Assembly (NCBI GenBank): GCA_002633005.1 | Contig: NMRA01000964.1 | Span: forward strand, 1-64,000 | Source of the DNA: Phoronis australis | Taxonomy: Eukaryota; Animalia; Phoronida | Direction: 5' to 3' | DNA: 64,000 bases | Shown: in pieces, positions 24,816-38,978 of the stretch | Layout of the letters: each line of letters begins with the position of its first letter | Position numbering within the stretch: position 1 is the stretch's first letter | Notes under the pieces: generated by a model | Database searches by the model: none | The model's input: only the letters and a program-made list of their open reading frames with translations | What the model was told of the DNA's origin: nothing | Position numbers and translations under genes: made by a program

Positions 24816-25919
24816 CTAGAGTATGAATGAAGATACCTCGATAGAGTTGGTGGGTGTTCACATATCCAGTGTTTGAATACAGCCTCTGGTTACCAACGGG
24901 AAGGTTGAAATTGAATGTCAGTACTAGAGGTGTAGAATTCACATTTCGGAAATTAGTAACTAACTTACATCCGCCACGGCACAAGTGAGCCAATACGTTC
25001 GTGTATGGGAAGTATCTGTCTTTTGATGTGGTTACCTTTACTAAAACTATATAATGTAGATATCTGGTTCGATGGAGACACTTTTTTCTTGGAGCGTTTG
25101 TACTCGCCATTCAACAATAACAAGACTGCATGCTTATCTTGATTAGTATTTCAGAAACAACTGCTAGAGGATGCACAAAACATCAAACCCGTCCAAAAAT
25201 GATAGGAGATATATTTTCTTCTCCCCTACAAATCCAATTCGGTAAAAATCACCCAATGAACGCCGAATATAAGAAATTAACAAAATAAAATTACCGCACT
25301 TGTGGTTGCCAGAACTATCAAAAATTTTTGTTTATTATCCGTTTCTACGTTCATACTAAAATTGCATAGTTAACAAGAATGCTACAACAGGTTGAGGTGC
25401 TACGGTTCTGTACGAGAGTCAACGGCAGTCGTGCTCTAAGCAGTGGTAATTCATCTACTAATTTTCATAATGATTGTTTTGAGAGGTTTGGCGGTTAGAG
25501 CAGCGGCGAAAGCCAAGAAAACATAGGCCACTTGTTTGCACAGTGTAGTGGCGTGGGAAGCATTTTCGGTTTGGCAAAAGGTGAGGGTACGGATCGGAGA
25601 CATCCAGAATAAACGTTTGGTAATTCAAGTCTTGTTTTATGTACTTTAGAATCGTCAAAATGACTTCCGTTCTTGCCGCACGGATTAAGGGGCCCATGCT
25701 GAATACGTCCAATTACTGAACACCTGTTTGTCACATTTTACGAAAATCGGCCAAGAACCCTCTGAATATACATAACCAAACGTGAACATTTTGAAAGTGA
25801 CAATAGGGGTCACAGCGGTTGTCCTTCATGCATAGGAGACATCGGCCAAACTTCTCCAGACTGCAACGAATTACATGTACATGAACATGTAGGAGATACA
25901 GACACAGAAAAACAAAAAA

Positions 25920-26038
25920 NNNNNNNNNNNNNNNNNNNNNNNNNNNNNNNNNNNNNNNNNNNNNNNNNNNNNNNNNNNNNNNNNNNNNNNNNNNNNNNNN
26001 NNNNNNNNNNNNNNNNNNNNNNNNNNNNNNNNNNNNNN
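25920..26038. other. Assembly gap (N run) inside an intron
   Basis: Run of N. Confidence 1.
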
Positions 26039-26155
26039 TTTAAAAACATACATGTATAACTGATAAATCCTATAATTTGAATTATAGCACTGAATTTCTT
26101 TCCAGGTATTCAGTGATCAGTGCAAATACCTCAGAATGCAGCACCATACACGTAC

Positions 26156-26269
26156 CTTTCGGTTTACAAACGCCACATGATCTCTCGCACTGTGCTTTCA
26201 TGGTAAGGTCGGTGCAACGCCCGTCTTTTTTAATCTTGTCACAGTAGACGTCAGGTTTATTATTGTAAC
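26156..26269 (-). CDS. Multi-ShK gene, exon 7: one ShK domain
   Basis: cctgcag|GT...G|gtacgt, 114 bp. (C)YNNKPDVYCDKIKKDGRCTDLTMKAQCERSCGVCKPK; the first Cys is split across the junction. Confidence 0.88.
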
Positions 26270-28080
26270 CTGCAGGAAGATCACGGTGTGCATTTATTGA
26301 GATATGTACGATGCGCGCTGTAAGTACCGGTCTACACACTCCGTCACAAAAGGTACTGAACACTGTAAAATAGAGTTCCCGCAGCCGCACATGACTAGTC
26401 GGCAAGTATCTACATGTAAACTGTCGCGAATTTTCGAGCTAAAAATTAGTATTATACAATTAATCGATTTGCTATACAATTTTATGCGTCACTGTCCCTG
26501 TATCCGACTGCAATATATGTGAAGTAGAGAGAGGGGCAGCCGGAAGGGTGGAGGGAGGTAGAGATCGAGGGAGGGAGTCCCTGAGGGAGAGAGATAGGAG
26601 TAGGGACGAATGGAGAGAGCTTGGGAGGGAGTTGAGGAGGGAGCTCACCGGCGACAGCGACGTTGTCCGATGTCAAGTTAAATTAACGAATTTGAGAAGA
26701 GAGACATTACCAGGAAGGTCGAGTGGCAGTTGAACGATTTTGTATTATATTCAGAAAGTAGTTACATAGCTAAGGTTAAATTAGAACATAATGATCTATT
26801 TAGTTAGAAATAACGGTTTCTTTTAAAAGGAATGTGACCGATTTTCATGTCCTAAATTATTCATTAGGACATTTTGCAGCTGGTCATACCCTTGATGTAA
26901 AGTCAAATATGGTCTGATTGGTCTCATGTACGCCACGGGCCCTTCCGCAACAGGTGGGTAGAGTTCAAAAACTTTAGGATTTGGCTAGGACCTTCACGAA
27001 ATTACTCGAGGTGTTGCTTGTATTTTGAATGAGAATACACTATTTGGCTAGTTTTTTTTCAGCCGCCTTACATCTGCTCAGGTTTCATGCGAGTTGCCTT
27101 CTACAACATAACTCTAAGCATGGAATGTCAATTACCACGCTTCAGATGTGCAACGTTATAGATATTTCAGTGATTAATTATTTTTTGCAATTAGGTTGAA
27201 ATACTATGGAGCTGGCATTCGTTTTAGTGACACTAAGGAAGCGGACAGTTTTTCTGGAAACCATGTTCGGCGCTTTTAGACGGCAAAATATTACTAAAGT
27301 ATAGGAGCCATTTGTTCGGACAAAGTTTCCGGTGGCAAGAGAACTAAACATATATCATTTGTACAAAACAAAAAAATTCACCTTTACTTATATACCATAG
27401 CAAAACTGACACTGCAACAGAAGAATGCAATAATCTCTTACGCATTCGCGGTGCAACCATAGCCGTGTGTGACCGAGTTGGCATACAGGTAGCACCCCTA
27501 GAGTTCCATGCTTTGTCAATAGAACTTCTCCCAATAGTTTTTGTAATTTTTTGGTGTCTAATACGACCATCTTCTCATCATTCAGGAAGCCGGCCGTGGG
27601 TACTAATGCTACCCACATGTAGCTGAGAGCTAGACTTAATTTAAGTCACCTAGTTAGAGGGTTTTGCTGTATTTGTGATACGCCAACTCTATGCATTCTC
27701 TGAAGCGAACATTACCTTGCTGTTATAAATTAGTCAAAGAGATCAACTGAGAACACAGTACACGGATCAGAATTCAATTTTCTAAAGTAAAAAAGCACGG
27801 CACTAATACTGAATTGGAAGATTATTCAAGATTTACCCTGACCTAAACACTGTACCGGCCTTTTAGCAAGTCATGCATGAATTGGGAAATAAGTAAAATG
27901 CTACCCAACATACAAACAGCACAATAATTCATTCAATAATTTGTTTGCAATTGCTTTGCACTACAAACCACAAAAAACATGTTTTATATGTTGACCTAAA
28001 GCAGCAGACTGGCCTGAGTTTTGATTTCCCAATTTCGATAACATGAACTCACTATGAAAATTTAATGGTAATTTACTCAC

Positions 28081-28208
28081 ATTCAACACATCTTCCGCAG
28101 GTTCTTTTACAGTTATCACGTACCCATTGATTTCGCGGACACTGACCGTCGTTAAAAAAGTCTTTACATCTGTCTACATGCTCAGATTGTAGTTCATCTT
28201 TGCAAAAC
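28081..28208 (-). CDS. Multi-ShK gene, exon 6: one ShK domain (not in the ORF track)
   Basis: atttag|G...T|gtgagt, 128 bp, phase 2-1. FCKDELQSEHVDRCKDFFNDGQCPRNQWVRDNCKRTCGRCVE. Confidence 0.88.
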
Positions 28209-28619
28209 CTAAATCACAAAGGGATGAATGTTATTGCGTAACAGCATGTTCCGCGTACATGTATGTTCAAGTAAAGCAAGTAAACTACAACAGTAGCCAA
28301 CTGGGTTGACCAAAATTTTTCACCCTATCTATGCACTCAAATTGTTCATATACGATTTCGCATGAGACCATGTTATACTTTAATTCGGTGTCTATAGACA
28401 GAAACTTCAAAGACTGTACGAGCTAAAATCAATTACCATTAATTATCATTTGAGATAAACCACGTTTTGGTCGCCTGCAACTTTCGTTAACTCGAGGATA
28501 GTTAAGGCGATGCAAAGCCGAGGAGTTGCTGGATCAATTTTTGAATTGTTAAAAAGTTCGAATTCACACCCCATTTTTGTTGAACGACTTAAATACATCT
28601 GCAGACAAGTGTCCCTCCA

Positions 28620-31600
28620 CGGGGTCTGAGGGATGTTTCAAAACGCAAAGATGTCTTTCACTTTATTCGTAGAAAAAACTTTTTAATTCATTGTTTACAA
28701 GATACACATTTTTTGGACTCAGAAAAGAACATAATTAGAGTAATGTTTTAATATGATGTATATTTAAGCTGTGGAGTTAGTAATTCAAGGGGAGTTTGTA
28801 TACTATTCAATAATAATTTTGAATTCGAAGTCATTGGTGAAAAGCGAGACCAAAAGAGTAACTTTTTGCTATTGAATATTTTTGTTGAAATAAAATTAAA
28901 ATTTCTCTTATAAACCTTTATGGTCCGAATTCTGACGAACCAAATTTCTATAAATCAATTTGAGATTCCCTGTCTAGTCTTGATACCGACTTTGCTATAA
29001 TATGTGGCGACTGGAATTTAGTCCAAGACTTTGAAAAAGATTGTTTTGCGTATGTGCGTTAAAATAATCCAAACGCAAGAAAAGATGTTCTTAATATTTG
29101 TTCTCATTTTAACCTCATTGACTCATGGAGACAGGCCAATCCCAATAAGAAAGTATTTACGTGGCAAAAGACGAAACCGATCAAGAAAGCACGCCTAAAC
29201 TTTTTCTTGTTTCAAACGAAATGTCTAATATTGTGGAACAGGTTAAAATGAATCCTGGATATAGGACCGACCATTCTTCTGTTACACTCGAACTGAAAAT
29301 TGGAAATTTTGCTAGAGGTTCGGGTCTTTGGCGATTTAATAATTCTCTACTTAAAGATGCACACTATGTAGAACTAATGAAAAATGTTATTAAAGAAACT
29401 AAAATCGAATACTCGGCTTTGCCTTACGCGAGAAGCAGGATAACCGAAATTCCCGATGCGGATTTGTTGTTAAATATAGATAATTCGTTGTTTTTTGAAA
29501 TATTCCTACTCAGCATTCGCAGTCAAATAATAAAATTTAGTAAAAAGAAAAAGAAAGAAACTGATCACCGTATAAAAACTTTAGAAACACAAATTAGTGT
29601 ACTTTTCGACATAATTCTGCTGTTTTTGAAAAATTGTTTGATGAATTTTTTTGAAGAACTACGCCGTCTGAGAGAAGATATCATGAGAGGAGCTATGATA
29701 AGAACAAGAGCGCGCTAGATTGAGCACGGGGAAAAGCTGTCAAAATATTTTTCTAATCTTGAAAAGAGAAACTATATTAATAAAAATATTACCAAATTAA
29801 ATATGCCCAATGGGGAAACGGTTACACACCAATCTCAGCTACTCTTGGAGGTATCAAATTCCTATAAAATGTTGTACCAAAATAGAGACGATGTCACTGA
29901 GGATGTCAACTGGGATGTTTTAATTTATGATAATGTTAAAAAGTTAAGTGATATAGAGAACTCTTTGCTCGATGCAGCAATTTCTACAACTGAAGCCTGT
30001 TCGGTAGTTAAGTTCATGAAAAACAATAAATCACCAGGCCCGGACGGCTTCTCAGCTGAATTTTACGTTTTGGACTGATCTTTCAGTATTTTTGGTTCGT
30101 TCGCTTAATGATAGTTTTTCTAAAGGTAGATTGCCTGTAAGTCAAAATCAAGGGGTGATTTCTCTTCTGCCTAAGGGTAAAAAACCGAGAGAGTACCTGA
30201 AAAACTGGCCTCCCATCTCATTACTCAATACCAGTTATAAGATTTTGTCAGGTTGTCTCGCACAAAGATTGAAACTGATAATTAGTACACTAGTACATGA
30301 AAATCAGAGGGGTTTTATCAAGGGTAGACATATAGGGGAAAGCACTAGGAATATTTATGATTTGATCCATTGTACAGAAGATTTTAACACTCCAGGCCTT
30401 TTAGTACTTGTTGACTTTGAGAAGGCTTTTGATTCTACATGTATTTCGTGGAATTTCATTCATAAAGTTCTCAAATTCTTTAATTGTAGTGAAAATTTTA
30501 TTGATTGGATTCATCTTCTAAATCAGGTCTCACGTCTTTCTGTTATACAACATAATTTCAAGTCAGAATATTTTGCGATTGGGCGCGGGTGTCGACAGGG
30601 GGATCCGATTTCTCCATATCACTTCATTCTGTGCGCAGAGATCATGGCAATTATGGTCCGTCAGAATTCGAAAATTAATGGCATTTGTATTGGGAGCTGA
30701 TCTTGTAAAATAATGCCGTATGCCGATGATACAGTCTTAACTCTTAATGGGTCTAGCGACTCTCTGAATGAAACCCTGAATCTTTTAGACCAATTTTTCA
30801 AGTTCTCTGGACTAAAACCTAATTTAGCAAAAAACAGAATGTGTATTGATAGGGTCTATGAAATACAGTGACATAAGGTTATGCCCTGAGAGAGAGCTAC
30901 TTTGGAGAAATAAATATTTCACCACACTTGGTATTAAATTTAGTCTTGAGCTGCCTGAAATAACCACATTAAATTATGAAGAAAAGATCAGTGAAATTGA
31001 AGGTGGTTTCAGGACGTGGGCCAAAAGAATTTTGACTCCCCTGGGAAAAATAACTGTAATAAAATAATTTATGATTTCCAAGCTCATTTGTTTATTACAT
31101 TACCTTCCCCGTTACAGGAAACGATTAAAAGACTAGAAACACTTTTCTATAATTTTTATGGGATGGTAAAAACGATAAAATCGGTCGAACTACGGTTATT
31201 CAAAATTTCACGCATGGAGGCTGTAAAATGATACACATTAGCTATTTCATCAAATCTTTAAAGGTTTCATGGTTTCGTAAAATAAATTCATGTAGTGAAG
31301 AGTTGTGAATGGATATTTTGTCCCAAAATATCTTTTTTAATACCCATCGTAACTACTTGTGCTTTGGCCCAACATTTTATAAGATCTGGTCCAAAAAATA
31401 TTTCAAATTTGTCCTGGAAAGAGATATTCTCTTACATTAAAGAATTTTTGAGTAAATTTCCTATCAAAAGAGAAAATATCATATATGAACCTTTGTGGTA
31501 CAACTCTAATATTTTGGCAGATAAAAGACATTTATACTATAGAAGGTGGTATGAGAAAAATATTGTATTTATTTATGACTTTTTAGACTCTTAATAGGAC

Positions 31601-32518
31601 GTTTATGAATTATGAAACTTTCTGTAACGTACATGATTTTCCTCCACCCTTCAATGAATACCTTGGTGTTAGGAGTATATTACGATCATATCTAAGAGAT
31701 AGTAAAGGTCCCGTCTTTCAAGTTACTTTACCTAATTTTCCACAGGTATTCTCTAACACCCTATTTTGCCAAAAGCAAAATAAACTTATCTATGATACTT
31801 AAGTTTATCAGCTGCATGTATATGGAAAACCAAAATTTGAGTTAAAGTGGGAGATGGTGTTGAATTTGCAATTATCTGATGAATGGTGGAGAAAAACCTA
31901 CTGTTGCTCTGTAGACTTCACATCTAATACGAAATTAGAATGGTTGCAAATTAGATTGACCCATAGAATTTTAAGTACAGACACTTTTCTCCATAAATTT
32001 GGAGTTACTAACTCGCAATTGTGCACCTTTTGTAAAAAGGAACCAGAGGACTTAATTCATCTCTACTGTTCATGTCATGTTGTGTGTTCCTTTTGGTCGG
32101 CATTATTTCGATGGATCGACCAAAAAGTAAATATAACCTTAAATCCTGCCATCATCGATATCCTTTTTGGTAAGCATTCTGAATCAAAAGTAATAAATCT
32201 AGTATTGATATTGAGTAAATATTATATATATCGTCGTACATGTAGGTTAGAGAAACGCTTACCCTGTATTGAACATCTCAAGGCAGAGATATATGAATAC
32301 TTCAACATTGAAAAATACATTTTTGCCAAAAATTGTGAACTTTTGGAATTTCATAAGAGATGGTCTCCTATGGTTCTTTTGTTTCGTTGACTGAGGTTAC
32401 AACTAAGATTTAGGCCCCCGGAGTGAATGAGTGTATGAATGTGTATATTCCCTTTAAATTTAGTATATGTCTCACGCTACTTATGGATGATTAAATGTCA
32501 AGAAATAAAAAAAGAAAA
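28620..32518 (+). mobile_element. Near-complete degenerate L1/Tx1 ORF2 (APE, RT, zinc knuckle) with A-rich tail
   Basis: LQDTH, GDWN, TDHS, KSPGPDGF, PISLLN, DFEKAFDS, GCRQGDPISP, YADD (~30719) and CTFC..E...HL..C. Many stops and frameshifts; A-rich tail ~32500-32518. Confidence 0.95.
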
Positions 32519-32699
32519 CAGTGTCCCTCCACGACTTTTAATGTTAAAATCGATCGCACTTGACTTGTCTAAAAACGTCCAAGTTTGCACTGACTTTGTT
32601 CACATAACTCTGAACACTGGGACTGTTTGTATTACTGTACTGTGTTCCGCTTTTGAATCTTGTCATGTAACATAGTGATTAGAATGGAGTGATGTCCAC

Positions 32700-33110
32700 T
32701 CAACTTCACAGCCTAGGTTAAAAAAATATTCACACGATCCTTCACGAATAAACGCTCTGAGAGCTGCTGCTGTACGGTAAGCAGAGAAGAGGCCCTTTGT
32801 TATGCTTTACCAGACATTGGTCAGTCAGCTGTTGCCTATGCTCTACCTATATGATCAATATAAGCCAGAGCCACGCAAGCAGATTAAAAAGACTACTAAA
32901 TATATGTCTTCGTGTCATTACAGAATGCACCAAGTTTACTTCAATTGCGGCTCTGCCACATCTCACGAGAATTCCTTGAAAGACTCAACAACGGTCAGTC
33001 ACAGCAACAATTGCCATCCAAAACCTCATGCATCCTCTGTATAATCAGCCCCCCCCGTTCAATTCATTGCGTTGCGATAAAACATTTTGTTCTTGTAACG
33101 TAATAACGAG
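32700..33110 (+). mobile_element. LINE RT C-terminal fragment (Vingi/Ingi-like)
   Basis: LNICLRVITECTKFTSIAALPHLTRIP resembles the LNxxxRxITGCLxxTxxxxLxxLxxIP motif. Confidence 0.4.
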
Positions 33111-34402
33111 GATCTCGCTAAAAAGCAAGACTTCGGGAGATTACGTAAGATATTGCCATGTACTTTAAATGAAAACACGTGACTTTGACTAGGTTTTAGC
33201 AAGGTCCTGGCGTAGGCCCTAGCGTCTACTTAGCGCACGCCAGGTGTCAGAGTCTTTTAAAAGGGTCATGGCCCCAGCTGCCGTCCTCAAGCCTACAACC
33301 TCCAATCTGTTAAATCTACGCAGAGGGCAAATGGGGGGTTTGTGATAGATGTAGATGATGAAAGGGTTAATATGTACCGGTACATGTATTTGTAACTGCT
33401 GCATTATACAGCGGTCAACGTGGACGGCTTTACATGTGCATATAAATTAAGAAATATATTTAAAATTGTAAGAATTCCTAGAAAAATCCTCAGATCTCTT
33501 GATTATTGTATTAAACATTTCTAGAAAAAATCGTCAGATTCACTATTTTTGAAACCCAATTGAAATATAATTATTTTATCCCGATACAGTTTTCAAATTC
33601 TCCGCCCCTATATGTGAGCGCTCAAAGAAGTCGAACTGACTGCTGCTTGAGTGTATAGACATGCTTTGTTTTCATCAAAGGCCAAAGGCTACATTTTCCT
33701 GGTTGTAAGTAAAGCAAGACGGTAAATATTTCTATTATAGTGACAAATGCTTGGGACAACAAAACAGGAACACATCCCAACACAGGACTTATGAGCCAAT
33801 TTAGATACATCAAGAACAACAAAAACATGTGTACACGCATTGCATTATAAGCAAGAGGATCAAAAAGAATACCCAGTGATATAGTGATCATGAATAAATA
33901 AATAAATAAATAATAGTTTCCCGTACCTCAAAATATTCTGGTGAAGAATGCAGTTTTCTCATGTGTTTTTGCATGAGAATGTTGTTGAAAACAACATTCC
34001 TTTCACGTTACGGTCATGTCGTTAAGCATACATGTAGGCGCTTTGGAATGAGTATCCCTACTGACTGATTGTACAGTCGGGATAAAGGCTTCTCGTTATC
34101 AGTTTGACCGTGGCAAACCAACGTTTACACATCCTATCTCTCTCATTGTCTCATTTCAGCGTATAAGCTCACGTAATCCAGCAATTAGTTTGTAAACAGT
34201 GCGCCTAACGCCACACGATATTTTAAAGAACAATTTGCAAACGACTATCAACAAATATCGTGAAGCAGATGTGTTTTGTATGAAATACATTCACCAAAAC
34301 TCTTCGAGTGGAGAAAAACGGCCGACTTTCAGAGAAATTAGACTTACATGTAACTTTAACCGGTTGATTCATTTATGTGAGTGGAAGATCTGACCAGCTT
34401 AA

Positions 34403-35100
34403 AGGAGAATGCCACCAAAAACGTAGTTTGTATCAGCTTAGATCGAATATTTCCTCTCCATAAGAACAAGTGCAGTTCTTTTACCGGACACCAGAAGGCA
34501 GACGGAGGTGCTAAATTTAACCAATGTCGTCACAGGTTCTAACACGGTCTGCTCAGCAGTTCGCGACACTCTTATTGGTGGCAGCTTATCGCTTGCATTC
34601 ATCGTTATACACCAAAAAATCATCAAAATTCGATGCAAAACACAAGTACACTGAGTTTCTAAACAAACGAGTAAATTTATTTCGTTGTTACGCCTTCATA
34701 GCAATTTTGAATGTTCCGCTGGGCTAATAAGCCAACTTACCGAAATCGGTCGCAGCAAGTTTGGTGTCTGGTGATACAATGTAAATTAGAATTATTCTTT
34801 CGTGAAATACAGACCCTGAGGAGAGCATAGCCCTGACTTGAAATTTTAGACTTTCGAATGTCGTCTTTTATAAACACAAAACGCTCATTGTAACTCAGTG
34901 GCTCGGAACACGATCTGACCCTTCGCTGCCGAACTGAACATAATTCACCTAGGTTAGTCGGCTGCCAAAATTGAAAACTAAATTTCACGAACAGACTAGA
35001 CTAGTGAACCAAAGAAATACTGTGCACGTGGATAATTTGGTGAATTCGCCGCAAACTTGCAAATCTACTTACTGGACGGGACCGCGAAGCCAAGTTCGTG
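34403..35100 (-). mobile_element. Truncated Kolobok-like family B copy (right end, inverted)
   Basis: TTAA-AGGAGAATGCCACC terminus. The sequence matches the reverse complement of ~47340-48080. Confidence 0.8.
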
Positions 35101-35379
35101 TTGAATGAACAGCTCAAAGTTGTGTATCACGCGCTAGCTTTGTTTTGAGTTGCAGGCTTTCTACCGCTTGTTAATTACATTCACACTCCCTGCTTGTGTG
35201 CTTTCACGTGTATTTCACAGTTTATTTCGCTTAGTATATTTTCATTCCATTCACTGCCTTATGATGTGACATGAATTAGTCACGAAATATAGCTACTGTT
35301 TTTGTTTATTTGTTATGTCTCTTGATTTGTTACTTCATTCCTGCACACCAGAAGAAAAGAGAATCTCCCGAAATTACTA

Positions 35380-36290
35380 ACGTACCAGTATCAAGCTCGT
35401 TAACAAAAAGTCTCAGTAGGCGTATACTTTTGGGGGTTAATGATTTTGTCTAAGGTATTTTTAATGAGATACCACATCGACCAGAGTCTCCTTGTAAAAC
35501 CATTTCACGTATCGTCCAAGGGGAGCGAAATTTCAGAAAACGACCACCTTGGTTTTCTTCAAGTTTCCTTGCTTGCCCCATGATTCGCAAAATTCTGCCA
35601 AACATTTTAGCATACGTTGTAAGTTGACGGCGGTAGATGAACATAAACCATGATACAACGCAAATAATTTTGGGATGATTATGCAACCCTGGCGAGTGCC
35701 AACAATACAATCAAAGAACTCCGCAAGACCATTTTGAGTTTTCAAACAAGTGCGCAATTCGCCATAAAGAGAGCTGATGATGTTGAAAATTTCACCATGC
35801 ACATCAATATTTTTCAATCTATGGAAGAGTAAATTATGAGGGATTCGATCGAATGCCTTCGAGACATCTACAAGGGTACAGTAAACTATCCCACCTTGCC
35901 GATTCAAATACATATGACACATAGTTTGAAATGTAAAAACTTGGTTAGTCATAGAGTAGCTCTTTCTAAAGCTATCTTGACACTCATAAAAATTTATCAT
36001 TATTTTCAGCCTAGCAATAAAGACTATAATTCAAAAGTTTGTAAAAAAGCTTTCCCAAAGCAGTAAACAGGAAAACACCTCTATAGTTATTTTGGTCATC
36101 GGTATTACCTTGTTTATGTACTTCAGTAAGCATTGCGTCACACCATGTCTGGGGATAATACCCAGAATAAAAATTGCATTAAATAACTGATGCAAAACTG
36201 GCACTATCGTTACCTCAGTGCACTTCAGCTTTTCAAAAATAACGCCATCATCAACACCAGCCTTGAGATTAGGCAATTGTTAAATGGCCT
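35380..36290 (-). mobile_element. Degenerate LINE RT fragment (L2/CR1 group)
   Basis: KAGVDDG, VDVSKAFDRIPHNLLFHRL, GTRQGC and NLKKTKVVVF. Confidence 0.85.
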
Positions 36291-37351
36291 CATATATTTC
36301 ACAAATAGGAAATTGTTGGTACACTTTTCACATAAATAATCATGTTCAAACCACCACTGCCAGTAAACTTGTAACCATTCCCGTCCGGAATCAATTTTAG
36401 AAACTGTTTGCAGTTAAATTACAGTACCCTCTCTGTTTGAAATTTTGAAGAATGAATACATACTCTGCTATGTAACACGAAATGTTTGAGCTTTCCTTCC
36501 TTGCGGAGAATCGCAAATTTCTCTTCTTGTGATGTTAGTTGATCAGGGAAATATGATAAGGTATGTCTTGCCAAGGAGTGGTCTTTTGGAGAGTAAGGGA
36601 AAAATCGACGAAGACACAAGCACTAGACGGATCGTAATTCGTGAAATTGGAAGCCAACGGAAAATGTTTTGATATCAACAAAAATTCAAAGTGTGTACGA
36701 AGAAACCATAAAAATACCTAGTGAACAGCTTGATTTCTGTTTCAGTGGCAGAAAACCAATTTGACCATTGCATTTTTGTATTTTTTGGAATTTTAGAGAT
36801 CGTGAAAAATACTGAGTGTCCATGCATCCCCGTGAGAGATGTAAAAATGTTTATTTCAATATTTTGGTTCATTATTTTTTTAAGCTAGAGTATGATGAAT
36901 ACGAATATTATTATTGGTTCAAAATTGTTCATTCCATAAAGTAGTTTAGAAGAGCTTAAATGAGCTTGAACGATAAAAAGATGTTCATGTAGACATTGAC
37001 AATTTCTATCGAATAGCAGATTTTTAAATTTCAAATTCGTTCCCATTAAAAATTATTGTAATGCAAAATTCGGTGAATTTTGCCTAATTTCGTGTATTGA
37101 TTTTATAGCGATTTGTGAGGTGCTCTGGGGGCCAGTTTGCTGGGTGCTATTGATTTCTAACAATATTTTCCATGATTTTGCTGTCCGACTAAGAAGATAA
37201 AAAAGAAAGTGTGCTTTTTATTTTTCCCAGCAAGAGGATATATAAAGTCATGACGTCACGTTTTTAGCAGTCGTTGAGTACAGGCAGTATGCAGCTGTCT
37301 CCTAAAGCTCATCAGTTGACCTCCTTAATTTTTTTGCAAATATGTTCCTAT

Positions 37352-38978
37352 AGACTCTATTCACGCGGCGGACATTAAAATCCAAAGCGAGGCTCACAGC
37401 CATAAACAAAGCGGAAATTTACATAGCTTGAGTTAAATGGCCGGTCTTTGGAGTCCAACCTGAATATTAAATCTTAAAAAATGTGTCAATAATTAACCAC
37501 AGAGACGTAGAAAAATACAATTAACGAACAAATCAATGCGCCAAAGAGTTGTCTGACGAAAGGATATAGTTTTTTTTTTCGGAAAACTAGGTTCGAAAGA
37601 TGAAAAGTAAACATGACCAAATTGCGGCGATCGTTGTCACGGATTAGGTATCATGCTGAATGCAGGGTTACGTTCCTTCTAATAAATTCTTGATAAAAAT
37701 GCTTTCTACACGAACGAGGTCACCTGGTCGTATTGTTGACGAGTTGAAGATATATTTTGCAGTGGTGGCTCATAGCATTTTGCTGCAGTGCAATTAATCT
37801 CATCTTGTTTAATTAATCAAGAGTAGGCCTATTACTAGCTTCAAGCATAGCCTAGGTCCTGATTAGGTAGGCACTATCGGGACTGATTTGTCATTGATCT
37901 GAAATAATACTTGATGTTATTAAATATATATTTTGATTACGATAAAAAACTAGGCTCGCAGTTGAAAATAAAAATTATATGACCATCAATTCTGCTTTCT
38001 TGGTTTTAATAATTACGTCTATTTCATGTGTTATATTTTTCAAATATCAATCTCGACCATGTTGAATTTTAGACTTAAAACACATAATTCTTTCGTCCAA
38101 AGCATTAGCATTTTCAGTGGTTGATCTAGGATACCATATAGGCCTAGTGACTGCAGGGACGGGGGCCGACATCCTCAGAGAAGCGGCCGGGCAACTATAA
38201 GCGCGATTGTTTGCACGCAGGCGGCCTGGAAGTTGCGGGCGCCGAGGATGTATACGTTCTGCTCAGGAAATATGTCGTTGGACTAAAAAAATAAAACGGA
38301 ACGCGTTTCCCCCCTCGTCCGCTACCGGTCCTAGCTCGAACTCAGTACAAGTTTCCTCCAGCTTCACGTCGCGTTTTGCTGGTTTATTTTGCTTGCGGTA
38401 GTCAAAGGAGGGGGGCCTGCCACCTCCCCCTAAATCCACCTATAATTTTGTACTTTTTCAAATTGTCACCTCTGTAGTCACAGGTGATTTGAACAGCTGG
38501 AGAAAAAATTTCAATCACAAAGGAGATTTTTCAGTAGGCCTCGTGGCCGGGAATTTCGCGTGATTTTTCAATATTTTTGAGAGCGGAATAGGGCCGATAT
38601 TTAGCCCCAAAATTGAGGGATTGAGGGCCCTGTCCTTTTTGTAAAGAAAAATGCATCGCACTTCGTCATGAAAACACGGCCTGGCTGGCCGAACATTGTC
38701 CGGTCCTTGTTATGGCGGTAACGCGGCAGTCCGAAATGCGACAAATTATGATATGAAAACAGTTATAAATTTTACACGTACATATTTTCCTTCGTCGCGG
38801 CGTATGGCAAGGACCCAACGCTTCCGAATCCCAACATCCTTAGGGATTGTAATACAGAATTTCCGTATTTTTTCTAGTTGTTCCAGCAACGCGGAGTACA
38901 ACTACGCGGATAAGCTAACAGAGCTATCGTAGCGAGCCTCGTTTTGGAACGCACCTCCTGTCGGCGTGAATAGGTTCT
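37352..38978 (-). mobile_element. ISL2EU-like element, copy 2 (inverted)
   Basis: AT-AGACTCTATTCACGC ... GCGTGAATAGGTTCT-AT. THAP remnant IPKDVGIRKRWVLAIRRDEGKY on the minus strand. Confidence 0.75.

Noticed and set aside
33622-33891. Hydrophobic ORF as the leader of a second ShK gene
   Set aside because: The 43765 exon already supplies the phase-2 donor for exon 28208, and this ORF abuts an (AAAT)n retroelement-like tail.
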